Source of the DNA: Epiperipatus broadwayi
Lineage: Eukaryota; Animalia; Onychophora
Direction: 5' to 3'
Assembly (NCBI GenBank): GCA_028023455.1
Contig: JAQFVV010000005.1
Span: 19,778,001 to 19,842,000, forward strand
Length of the DNA: 64,000 nucleotides
This document shows positions 52,341 through 64,000 of the stretch, in pieces (positions within the stretch are counted from its first letter, which is position 1; each line of letters opens with the position of its first letter). The position numbers were made by a program, and so were the translations under genes. The notes under the pieces are model-generated. The model saw nothing but the letters and a program-made list of their open reading frames with translations, searched no databases and had not been told where the DNA came from.

Positions 52341-54620
52341 TAAAAGCATTTAATATATAAAAATTTTTTTTATCTCTATTGTTTTTTAATTTGACTTTTT
52401 AAGTAGAAGTATCATTTTTTCATTATTATACATTAAAAAATAAACTGGGTTGATATAGATTGTAAAAAAAGGGCTGAAATATAGTCATTTTTAAAGAAAC
52501 AATGGTGCTTGTCTTATAGATAAAGATGCCGTTGGATGGCGCCGTTTTCACATTAAAACTATAAAGTATGACCATTCCCGGGCCGTTGATTATAATAATT
52601 TTTCTGTGCTTTTTTTGTAATGCGAAAATAAAAACAAAACAAAATCATCTTTTATAAATATTATTTTTTATTAACATATACAATTTAAATGATAATAATA
52701 AATGTAAAATAAAATCAACAAATTACAAATTGATTCGCGTTTTTCTATCGTATATTTTTTTAATTATGTTACGGCTTTTTTTTATCAATTTTCTATCGGA
52801 TATTTTTTTACTTGTGTTACGACTATTTTTTTTGTTGTTGTTTAAGTAAAAAGAGATATTATGGATATTTTTTACTTCAAATAGAATGACAATAAAAAGT
52901 AAAAGTTGTTACGGTTAGGTTTAGGGTTAGTTTTAGGGTTAATGTTCTGTTGTTTGTAATGCTAAAATAAAAAAATTCAAAATCGTAACCGTACTCGGAC
53001 AAAATAAAGAAACTCAAACTTTTTTAAACAACAATAAACACATATAAATGTATTCTTTACTTATTAAACATGTTTATAATATTTGCTTTTTAGGAAATTT
53101 ACAAAAAATCGTGTATATTTGTACTTTTCTTACTGTATATTTTTTTGGTAGCGCTCTTCTTTGTCTCGTGGAATGTTACGAACAGTACGTTACTTGACGT
53201 GTTATCTAATTGCAACTCACTAAAAACATAGATATTTAACATTTTCCCAATTAAAACTTAAATACAGTACGTTGTAAAAAGTCTTAGAATTATTACTTTA
53301 AAAAATCTGAACATTTCAATATTTTAAAATAAAAAAAAAATCCAATGAAAACATTTCCATCCAATTCAAATACAAACTCTTTCATCAAGCCGTAACTATT
53401 TTATAAACTGTGCGAATTCGGAAAATGTATTTGCTGCAATGCGACATACATGCTGTACTGCGACGCGACATAGCGGCCTGCATTCTGTAGCACAACAAAA
53501 AAGTTGTATTATAGAAAATGCGGGTTCGAACATGGCGGCCGCGGAAACAGCATTTTTATGTGTTCTTTAGCTATAAGATGAGTACCGAAACGATTAAATT
53601 TTTTGTAAAATTTTGTTTTATTGTATTTATTTATTCAATATTAATTTATTTGTTGGTTAAGTTGTTTTTTTTTTTTTGATTACTCAATCTACCTGGTCCA
53701 AATAGCATTTATAGTAATACACATGGTTGAAAATTAATTTAATTTTTTTTTTTTTTATAGCAATGTTCTGCTTTACCAATGACATTGTTAAATCACATTT
53801 TAATATACAAAGTAATCTTAAGTTATCCAAAATATGCTTTTATTATTATTTATAGTTTAAAAGGATTGTAAGTTGTTTGTCTAATGCCATTTTTTTAATG
53901 GAAATTATTTTGTAACAGTTGGCCATTCAAGAAAAAAAATAGTCCTATGTAAATAGATAAAACTAATAAATATGAAGAAAATAAAATGCACAATTACTTT
54001 AAAAAAATAAAGAAAAATATTTGTAAAGTCTATATTTGTGTTAATATAAATACACACGTATAAATTAAATATAAACTATAATATATATATAATCACCGTC
54101 ACAACAAATGACAAATTTTATCAATTTATTCAAGCGCTTTCACAAATATAGATTTTACAAAAATAAAGAAGTAAAAAACAAAACAGTAATTATTTTGGGA
54201 AATGGTGTTTAATAGAAAATGACAAAAAGCTTTTAATATTTTTATTGTTTATATTATTATATATTAATTATGGTGCATTGTTCTAGATTTATATTGTAAA
54301 TAAATAAAATTATTATTGTTATTAATGATTAGTGTAAAAATTAATAAAATTATAAACTGTTAATTAAATCTTTTTTTTTTTAATATCAAATTTAAATATA
54401 TCAAATTAATCAAAGAGCAAAGTTGGTAGAGTAACATCATGAAAAGATGGAGAACTTCTTTTCCTAAAATCACATTCAGGAAATGACTATTTGAATTTAT
54501 GTTACTATTGATTGGTTTTCAGGATTTACTAGTGATAACTGTGTGGGTTTATATTTATAGGTGTATTAATATATATATAAAGAGATATTTTAAAGTTTTA
54601 AATACTTGTTTTCATTACAG

Positions 54621-54735
54621 GTTCAAGTAAAAGGCGTTTAAAAAATGAGGGTGGGAAGAATGCCAAGAAACCAGCTCATGAATTAGACAATGGAATTGTC
54701 CCACTGCCAGCAAAAGTCTGTTTTTTATGTAATAA
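54621..54735 (+). CDS. PHF12: Coding exon of PHF12-like gene: basic linker and start of PHD finger 2
   Basis: ttcattacag acceptor, AA|gtaagt donor; 115 nt reading (G)[37 protein letters not shown](K); phase 1 start matches the previous exon end. Confidence 0.92.
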
Positions 54736-54967
54736 GTAAGTAATAGTGTATACATTTTATTGAAAGTTGGGATGTGTATATATATTTATAATATTTTAAA
54801 TTTTTAAAAAAATAATACTATTAAAAAAAAACAAAAAAACTTGAGCTTAATATCAGCAACTTTATGTGTGCTAACTGAAAATCTCTAAATCAATCCAAAA
54901 AATATTTTCTAAAAAGTAAAATTTTAAATATTAAATCACTCTTTTCACTAGTCTTTTTTTTTTTAAT

Positions 54968-55090
54968 GCTCAGTTTAGTACAGTAATGGACTGTGAAATT
55001 TAAGATCTGTAGATCACAATTCCAGTTCTGTCATTTCTGATGCTCAAATTTTTTATAAACTTCCAAACAATAAATGATTTGATCACTTCT
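54968..55090 (+). mobile_element. Older second SINE-like family, copy 2
   Basis: Aligns by eye with 44290-44385. Confidence 0.55.
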
Positions 55091-55889
55091 TTTAAAGCTC
55101 TGCATAGTCCAGTAATGTTTATATTAACAGTTGAACCCTACCAAATAATAACTCTAATGAAAATGAAATATTAAAAAAAATTAATAATTACTTAAAACTA
55201 TAAAACTATTAAATGTTTTAAGTTTTTTAGATTAGCAAATTTTTTAAGAACTATTAATCATTTGCAGTAATTTGTCTCCAGAATAGAATTTACTACATTA
55301 TTTAATTACAGCAAAATTTATATTATTTCTATTTTATCAAAAGTAATAACATTTTATTCATTCATGCTTATTACATTAATGTATTTGGCTTTGAAATTTT
55401 CAAATGATTTAAAGTAAAATGAGAAAAATACATATTCAGTGAATAGTGTAAATATATTTTTTAAATAGACAGTAGCTATATCTTTTAATATAAAATTATA
55501 TCATTATATATTGATTGGACTTCCATCTACCAGAGCAAAGAAACTGCACTTGTTGCAAACCAATTATAGATTATATTGTTTTGACTCGTTGTCTTTTTTT
55601 TTTTTTTATGCGGCTGCTTTTTTTAAAAAAATTTTTTAATAAGTGTTATGTAAATAATTGCACTCTTTCTTTCTTTGCCTCTGTGATTGATTCCAAATTT
55701 ATGACATTGGAAATAAAGTGTGAAAACCAGCTAATTTAAACTGATGTATTATATGACTGATGAGGCATATGATTCAGATATGGCATACTAACGTTGTGTC
55801 ACTAGATGCTTGAATAAATTATATTAATAATGATAAACGAGTAAAGCCATTGTAACTCCAAAAAAAGAAAAGAGAAATTTTAAAAAAAT

Positions 55890-58260
55890 ACTTTAGAAAT
55901 GTTTATGATGCTTATACAAAACATGAACCACAAATATATCCGCATATGGAACATGTCTGTCCTTTTTTCTGTTTACCCAATAGTTTACAATGTTGTCTTA
56001 ATTTCTTCAGCAGGAAATTTTTCTTTCTGAAATACTTCCAACGCCATATCTAATTATAGCTCTCCAATGCATTGTATTCTCTGTCACATTTTTCCAATGG
56101 AGACTATTAATGTTATACCTCTTTAGAATGTCTTTGAGGTAATCCTTATAACAGAATGAGAGGGTGTGCCTCTCATAAAGTCCATCTTTAAGTTAAGTAT
56201 AAAACACCCTTTTAGAAAGTCTTGGATTGTTAATTTGTTTTGCATGTCCAATGTAATGAAAATGTAATTTTACTATAATAGACTTTATAGTATCACATTC
56301 AGAAGTTGAAGAACATATTGATTGGATTTATGATGTTGCCATTGTATTTTTAAAATTTTCTGGAGCATCCTTGAATGAAACTTTTCTAATAACTTTACAT
56401 TACATTGTTAGTATCCAAGTTTCAATTCCATACAATAAATTAGGTAAAAAATAATAGTTTTATATACAGATAACTTAGATGCAGTAGTTATTTTTTTGTA
56501 ATGAAATACTCTATCTTTTAACTTACTAAAAGCAGTAGCAACGTATTGGAGTCTGTGTTGTACATTAACATTTAAATCCACCTTTCTATTTATAAAACTT
56601 CTCAGATATTTAAACTGATTAGATTCTCTAATTGATAACCGTCCTAGTTAAAAGTTGTTGAGAGTTTAAAGAACTCTAGTTTTTAGAACATTAATTAATA
56701 AGCCAATGCCTGAACATTAATTAATAAACTAATGTCTTTATATGTTGCATTCAAAACATTAAATACATTCTGTAAATCATCTCTTGAACTGGCAAAAAAT
56801 AGCATATTGTAAATTCAGAATCCAAGAAGTTCTTATTTTCACTTTTAATTGATTCATGTCAAAAATTCCATTATTAAACCTCTTTTATATTTTGATCCCT
56901 GTTTTATTAAGCCATTTATAAACAATTCCATAAACTACTATCATAAAAATTGAAAACAATGTTGGAGTAAGTACTTATCCTTTTTTCACACTAGTTATCA
57001 TTTCAAATTCCATAGATTTTGTTCTTGTAGTAACAACACTTTTTCTCATTCCATTGTGTTAAAGCTGTATATAGCAAATGTCTGTATCTCATTTGCAGTT
57101 TTAATCCACCAGTCATTTTTAAGCTTTTTTGTGAGTTGTTGAACTTCCACCTTCAGAGCTTTAGATTTCTTATGAAGTTCTGCATTTAATCTATTGTTCT
57201 GACAAGCAAAAAAAGCCACATGTTTCCTTTTAATCAAATCACTAATAATAAGATCATAGTTAGAAAACCAGTCATGATTCTTCGTTTTAATGAACCCAAG
57301 AAAAAATTTATTTCTATCCATAACTCCCTTCTTAAGAGAATTCCCATGCTTCGGTAATATGACAATTCTGAAGTCCAAATTAACAATTTTAGTGTTTAAC
57401 AATTATTGAAATTTAATTGATGAAGTAGTGTCTTCTAAAGAACAAAAATCATTTTTCTTATGAATATGATTGATATAATATTTTTTTGTTAATGCAATTA
57501 TCATTATAATTTTGGCGCATAATAATCTATGATCTTTCCAACAATTTGCGCTTTTAAGTGCTTGTAAAATGTGAACTATCCTTATATTCTGACTCTTGTG
57601 GTTATAATGTCATCTATTAAATGCTATTGTTTTGAGCATGGATACACCCATGTTGGTTGGTTATATTGCTTTTTTTTATAGTGTTTGTGATAATCAATCC
57701 ATGTTTAGTGCAAAAATTCATTAATAACAAATGGTATTTTGAATTTATTGCACTAATACCATTATTTCTCATGATTTTTGACCAAAATCTACTATTTGTA
57801 CTAATACATGCATTAAAGTTTCCAAGAAGAAGAATTTGATCTTTTAATGCTATTAATGTAATAATGCTTACTTCTCTGAATTTAAGATTGGAGTATAGTC
57901 ATTAATAAAATGAGCACTAATACTATTGTGCAAGGTAACTTTTAATAACATTAGTCTTTCATTGATGCAATAAGGTATTCAATAACAAAAGATAATAAAT
58001 TAGATTTTATACCATGTATTCTCCTCTACCTTTCCAAAAAAAACTTGTATCCAGTCATCTGTTTTATTAAATTTCCTTCTGCTAAGAAGCGAGTTTTATT
58101 AAGAGCATTTACATTGTTCATAAATTTTCACACCTCTTTAGTTATCACTGTATTTCTCCTTTTTAATCTTGAAGAGTTTGTATCAAGAAATTTTATTAAG
58201 AGAATAGTAAATTGCCAATTATTATCAGTTGGCTATAATGTTCTGTTGCCTGATTACTCA
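55890..58260 (-). mobile_element. Decayed RTE (BovB-like) LINE, same family, opposite orientation, internal deletion
   Basis: LKVEVQQLTKKLKNDWW shared with the copy at ~10470; YLRSFINRKVDL..VQHRL; C-terminal TCSICGYICGS; the 57046-57402 ORF is a fragment of it. Confidence 0.85.
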
Positions 58261-61200
58261 GCTGGCATTGTATCAGAGAATTTAATATACAATTATTGAT
58301 AAGTAATAATCTTTTATCATTTCATTGTTTTTTTTGTATGCAGTGTAATTTATCATATTGTTTTAATTGATTTTATTAAGTAATGTTAATTTATTTTATC
58401 TTTTGATTACTAATGTATTGCTTTCTATGACTTAGTACAACGGTAGACGGCAGACTTAAAAGCTAAAGATTTCTGGATTGAGACTCGTCTCTTCTGATGC
58501 TTAAATAATTACATAATCTTCTGAGCAACTAGTCCTTCAACTATTAGATTTTCTTTTGCATTAAATCATGTAATAAAATCCAGTCTTTGTTTTCTAACCA
58601 GAACTCTCACCTCTTCTATCTGAAAGTAAATCAATTTATTTAAGTGCAAATATAAATTTTGGAAATTGGCAGAAATGCCAATATTTTCTAACAAAAGCTC
58701 AATTATTTCAACAGCAGCTTAACAATTAATGCATTTAGAAATGGTAGTTTGTCTCAGAAAGTAGTTTATAAATTTAAGTCTTATGCAAGCTATTAAAATT
58801 TCAAATACTTTTAGAATTTCAAGATTTTTTTTTATCACTAGAAGATGACTTAATTAATTATAAAATATATATTTGTTACATAGCAATAGTTTTCTGAATG
58901 CAGATTAACAACATTGCTTCAGTTTTTGCTAAATTCAGAAGAGATTAATTCAAAGATAAGCTATACTTGTTGTTTTCATTATTCACTTGTAAAAGATATA
59001 GATCAGATTATAAGTTTGTATTTATGTGTTGAATAGTGATAAAACTACGAGAAGTAATTTTTACTACTTGGCTGAAATGTTGAGTATAGAAAACAGAGCA
59101 CATTTAGAAATGGGGTTAGAAAAATGAGGAGAGTCTGAATGAGGTTCTGCGAATTGGTTCCAATATCGATTTTGGTTTTTAATAGAATACATTTTACAAA
59201 GAGCTGTATTATGTATGAGAATAAGATTTGCCATTGAAAAGCAAATATATAAAGAAGTTGACAAGAATTGAAATGAGAATGTTCTGCTTAGAGTTAAAGA
59301 AAGATTAGTGCTGACTTTAAGAGGAAGTTGCAATGAAGTTATTAATAAATGTCATGCATAGACAGACATAAACTTTGATCCTAAATTTAATAAAAATTGG
59401 GTAGATAAACTGTGATACAGATATAAGGATTAATGAATAGACTAAAAAAGTATATGTGGAGGTAATATAAAATGACTAAAAAGTGGTATATTTCTTCACT
59501 AAAAAGATTATTGGAAAAATGATATTTAGGATTAAGTCAGATAGAGCTAGAAAATCATTGGGAAGATTAATACCAATGAAAATCATATGCTTTCAAGATC
59601 ATCTAATGTTTATTGATTTTTCAAGCTTACAATAAATCGTTCTTAAGTAAGATAAATAGGGTTGTTCTTGTATAAAAAATAACTGGGAAGTAAGTATTAA
59701 TGTACTTCAATATATACTGATGATATTTTTGAAAATTTAGGGAAAACATGACCTGATAAGATAATAAAATTTACTGTAAAATTTTGTTCTTGATACAATA
59801 TTTATCTTTTACTAACTGTAGATACTGTCTTAAAATCAATTTTTTGATCAATTTGTGCAAATTATGATGCAGGCTGTGCTGGACTTATATAAAATTTATG
59901 CTAAATCTAAACTGACATATTTACTCAAGCTAAAGTGGATGTGTAGGTGACTTATATTAAAATTGTTTTCAACCAATGTCTAAATTTTTGCTATAATTGT
60001 AATAAGATGAAATTTAACAAAATAAAATATTATATTGATTTGTTTTTTAAAAAACAACTCATCTTTTAGCTTTATATATGAAAAATGAAATATTACAAAA
60101 AAAAAAAAACTTTCTTAAGTTATTATTACTGATGAATTTGTTTTAATAAAAATAATTGTTATATAATCATTCAGTAAATAAGCTAAATGTACATTATTTA
60201 TTGTTTTGAAAAAAGTATCTTTGTTAAATTTTTCATTCTGCTTAATAAAACATAATGCAATGTAGTATTAAGTATCCCATATTTTCATCTATCGTGGAAG
60301 TTGTCCTTAAATATTGATGAAAGGAATTAATGCCAAGATCAATCATAGAATTGACAAGAAACATGATTACACTTCCAAGATTATGAAGATAGTAAAGAAT
60401 TAAAATTATTCAACTGTCACACATTACTTCTTAGGATTAATCACATTATAAGCAGTCTCATATTGAATTGTGCCACTTTATATGGTGGATCTATACTATA
60501 TATATTTGATATAAAATATAATTTTTATTTCAGTGAGGTTAATTTTTTTTTTACTATGTTAGTAAAAAAAAGTCAATAATATATTTTTAGCATTTGTAAT
60601 AAGGAGTTTTAATAATATATAATAAAACAAAACTTTATTTGATTTCTTTAAGTTACCTTTAGTATGCAGTAGACAGCAGTGATTTTTCCCTATTGTACAA
60701 TGATTTAATTATATGTCTTAAATAATCATTGGGCCCTAGATGACAAGCTAACAAATCTCAGTGACTAATTTCTGATTAAGTGGCTTTCTGGTTAAAACAT
60801 TGGTTTTATACTGTATATCTAGCCATCTCATATCTATTGATTATTTAATATTTGCATACAATTGGTTTTAAAATGTCAAGAAATAGGTGACTGCTGTTTA
60901 AATATGTCTCTTTTGTAAATAAATCTTTTCTCTATTAAGTGGCCATAATAAATTCGGATTAATTAATTTTTTTTTTTTTTTATATAGGTTTGACTAAATG
61001 AAAAATAAAGTAGTTGGCTAGTTTCATTTTGACAGAAATTAGAGCTATATCCATTATTAGTAGTCTTCTAATATTCTATTAAGAACAAAGACCAGATGCA
61101 AATGATTTCTGATTCAGAATTGGTATAACAAATAGCATGTCAACAGCTGAGGATAAAGAAAACCTAGAGACACTGAAGAAAAGCTAGTGAACTACTCCTA

Positions 61201-62328
61201 AATATAATGAATATAAATGTTATGGTGGTTGACATTAAAAGTTATTGTGAACGCAGAAATTGTTGATATATTTTTGACCTCTAGAATTGGGCAGGAAGGG
61301 GAAGGGGGGGGGGATGTATTTTAAGCCCAGTAAATCTTTGCAGATATAAGATCTTTTATTAAAGACAAAAAGTCTAATATATTTTGTTATATTTTTTAAT
61401 AATTCTTTATGGATGTGAAAGTTGAACAATTATAAAATAAGGTAGAATAAGTAATACTAATGTTTTTAAGTGGTAATTTGACAGAGTTTAAAGATTTTTT
61501 TTTTCTTTTGTTCATTTATTAATTCTCTACAATTGTATTAAATATCAAGAATTGTAATAAAACAACAACCTTTTAATTATTTGTTATTGTTTTTATTAGT
61601 ATATTCAAAAACATTTTGATTTTTCCATATCGAAGATGATTATCTGGAATAATGGAATTTTTCAAATGAGTAAAAAAAATAATTGTAATTAATTTTCTAA
61701 TTTTATTACAGAAGCTATCTACCCTTTTAAATGTGACTTTTGTGCATTGTTAAAAAAAAAGAATTTTGTTAAACTTTCTCTAAAAGATGTTTTATGTTTA
61801 CATTTTCTATAAATCTTCACTGCCTCTGTAATATTCAAATACATTAAGTGATACTAAAAAAGCATATAACTAAAAGGTTTCTGATGGTTTTGTTATAATT
61901 TTAAGAATATTATAGACAGGAAGGAAAATAAGCAAGTGGACAATTGTTTATTTTAAGACTGAATGTTACTTGTAGCCCAATGGTCAGATTGAAATTATCT
62001 TTATTTGAACATGTCATGTTATGTTATCATAAGAAATCTGAATATTAAGAGAAAAAAAGAATGGATATAAATCAATCCAACCATATGTGTTCGAGTGAGA
62101 AGTTGAAGACTTAAGTGGAAGATGGGACTTTCTATAGAAATTCTATATTTATCTGTTTGGATTGAACAAGGTGAGTGTTATAATTAGTAAAGGTATTATT
62201 TAATAATATTGTGTATACATACCTGTGTATACAGACATATACCTATATATATAAATTATAGAGATACATATATATTTTTATTTATGATTAGTATATGTGT
62301 TTAAGTAAGCATGTAAATTCATTTTTAG

Positions 62329-62461
62329 GAGTTGTCGAAAGGCTCCCTTAATTCAGTGTGACTACTGTCCTCTACTTTATCATCAAGACTGCTTAGATCC
62401 ACCTTTGACCACTCTTCCTCAAGGCCGATGGTTGTGTCCTAGTCATCCAGAAAATTTGCTG
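62329..62461 (+). CDS. PHF12: Coding exon of PHF12-like gene: body of PHD finger 2
   Basis: atttttag acceptor, CTG|gtaaga donor; 133 nt reading (K)[44 protein letters not shown], the characteristic PHF12 PHD2 sequence ([27 protein letters not shown]). Confidence 0.95.
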
Positions 62462-63060
62462 GTAAGACTATTTTGTATTTATTAGAATTTAGTAGTCTAA
62501 TATATATAAGTTTATGCGATTTAATGTATAAGTTATTAAGCTTAAGTTTTTGATAACTCAAAAATATAGTTAGATAAAGGAAGGAAATTCTGGAAAATAA
62601 TATTACTTTGGAAATAATTATTGGAAAAATTGTTATTAGCAATTTAAGCAAGTCACCATCAATTTTTTTTCTGGTAAGCCAATTTCAATAGTGAAAAAAT
62701 TAATTCAGTGGGGATTAATTAAAATACTTAGTTTAACCTCAGATAAAATCATGACAAGCATTTCAAATGGAATGTTTTTTTTTTGTAAATGCGATGAATT
62801 TTATTTAAGAAACAGTTTGAATTTTGAAAGGAAACAAGAGTGAGATATGTACTTGGAGTTGTTGAGACATTCAAAATATCTTTATTTATATATGGCTTTT
62901 TTTCTATATTATAACACAGCAAATGTACAATCACATTTTCTTTTAAAATATATATGTTCTACAAAAATATCAACAAATTAAAAATCCTTCTCCTTTTTCT
63001 TTTCAAAAACTTTATTTTCTAATATCAATACTGATTATATATATATTTATATAATACAAA

Positions 63061-63110
63061 ACTCCAACGTTTCAACTGTTTTTATCTTCATACAGTCATT
63101 TTCAAGGATC
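63061..63110 (-). ncRNA. Minimal hammerhead ribozyme motif, U3-A8 variant
   Basis: Minus strand: GATCC-TTGAAAA-T-GACTGT-(12 nt loop)-ACAGTT-GAAA-CG-TT-GGAGT; stem I TCC/GGA, 6-bp stem II, palindromic ACGT stem III, predicted GUU cleavage triplet. Confidence 0.65.
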
Positions 63111-63499
63111 TGCAACAACAATATGAAATACATATTTATAAATAAACCTCAATTACATAAATACCTTCATCTTACATTAACATAAACAGTAACAAACATA
63201 TTAAACATACATAATTATATTTTACTTACATCTCTCTCCCACTGCTATTTTTTATTACTCTTTCTTTTACATTATTTAATTACAAATCTGTCTTAAAATC
63301 ATCCAAGAAACTTTTTATACAAATTTAAAAACCAACCCTAATTTCAAATAACCTCCCCCTTTTTTAAATCTTATCTAAAACCCATCTCAAAACTACATTC
63401 CTAAACTATAGCTTTAAATGAATATAAAACAAATATAAACATCTTTTTTTATACAAAAAAACTTTTAACAATTTACCTAAACCTATTTAAACATTCATT

Positions 63500-64000
63500 T
63501 TAATTATACATTATTTTAGATTCCTTATCTACTCCATTAATTCTATTTAAAATAGGATTATATTTTTTTATGTAAAAATATTCTTTTACCATCCTTTCCC
63601 TGTAATTTTTAACCCTTTCCAACATTTTAATATTAAATTCTTTATGACCTAAAACTTTACAATGTATGTAAATATTTGAATTTTTGTCATATAAATGTTG
63701 TCTAAGTCTAGTTTTTAATGTATTCTTTGTTGTACCAATATATGAAATCTTTTTCCCCTCCCTCTTACAATTTAAACATTCAATTAAATAAATTCCATTC
63801 ATTTTGTCAATTTCTATATTTTTTGTATCATTAATTAAATTTCCTAAATTCAATTTCTTTTTATATACAGGTTTAATAATTAACCTACTTTCCCCCTTGT
63901 ATTTATTATTTATACTTTTTATAATCTTTTTAATCTTCATAAAAGTATCTCTAGAAACATTATAACTATTATATATAAAATTATTTACTTCTTTCCCATT
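63500..64000 (-). CDS. C-terminal GIY-YIG endonuclease of a Penelope-like retroelement ORF (5' part beyond window)
   Basis: GIY.IECLNC...YIGTTK..L..RL.QH...IH...GH with CCHH residues typical of PLE endonucleases; frame stays open upstream of the listed ATG to position 64000 (NGKEVNNFIYNSYNVSRDTF). Confidence 0.85.
   Translation of the reverse strand, partial: NGKEVNNFIYNSYNVSRDTFMKIKKIIKSINNKYKGESRLIIKPVYKKKLNLGNLINDTKNIEIDKMNGIYLIECLNCKREGKKISYIGTTKNTLKTRLRQHLYDKNSNIYIHCKVLGHKEFNIKMLERVKNYRERMVKEYFYIKKYNPILNRINGVDKESKIMYN

Larger units (their letters stand above)
62945..64000 (-). mobile_element. Penelope-like element 3' end (EN domain + pseudo-LTR region) antisense in a PHF12 intron
   Basis: GIY-YIG ORF followed by ~550 nt non-coding region containing a hammerhead motif and AATAAA; left boundary approximate. 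Confidence 0.75.

Noticed and set aside
52913-52942. Interstitial telomere
   Set aside because: Only about five imperfect TTAGG/TTAGGG units; too short and mixed to call a telomeric array.
55757-55795. CTGATGA-GGCATAT...ATATGGC hammerhead-like start
   Set aside because: The GAAA half of the core is missing (ATACTAAC follows).
2342-62934. Most short ORFs in the supplied track (e.g. 7180-7515, 20666-21031, 24818-25108, 47244-47465)
   Set aside because: F/L/I/Y-rich low-complexity translations typical of AT-rich non-coding DNA or antisense of TE relics; no domains or splice support.
1-64000. CRISPR arrays, rRNA genes, prokaryotic operons or defence systems
   Set aside because: No regularly spaced repeat-spacer array, rRNA-like sequence or dense coding; the window is spliceosomal-intron DNA.

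Overview
Very AT-rich, CpG-depleted eukaryotic (probably invertebrate animal) genomic DNA; no prokaryotic features. The window lies inside one large-intron gene on the + strand, a PHF12/Pf1-like double-PHD-finger chromatin protein. Four consecutive in-frame coding exons are visible (40875-40950, 43944-44166, 54621-54735, 62329-62461); the earlier exons appear to lie upstream of the window, so the preceding intron is >40.8 kb. The introns are a graveyard of mobile elements: many decayed RTE-clade LINEs (two near-full-length BovB-like copies in opposite orientation), Vingi/Ingi-like LINE relics, two tRNA-derived SINE families, piggyBac-, hAT- and MITE-type DNA elements, a 2.2 kb solo-LTR-like insertion, and several Penelope-like element (PLE) relics. 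The most interesting signals are (i) a PLE whose GIY-YIG frame is open to the window edge and whose 3' region carries a minimal hammerhead ribozyme with a compensated U3-A8 core, repeated with covarying stem II 30 kb away, (ii) a ~110-nt tRNA-Gly-derived SINE with an elongated central hairpin, and (iii) a nested tandem-array > piggyBac > LTR-like stack. Most ORFs in the supplied track are spurious AT-rich frames or TE fragments. All homology calls are from motif recognition, not database searches; TE boundaries without TSDs are approximate.
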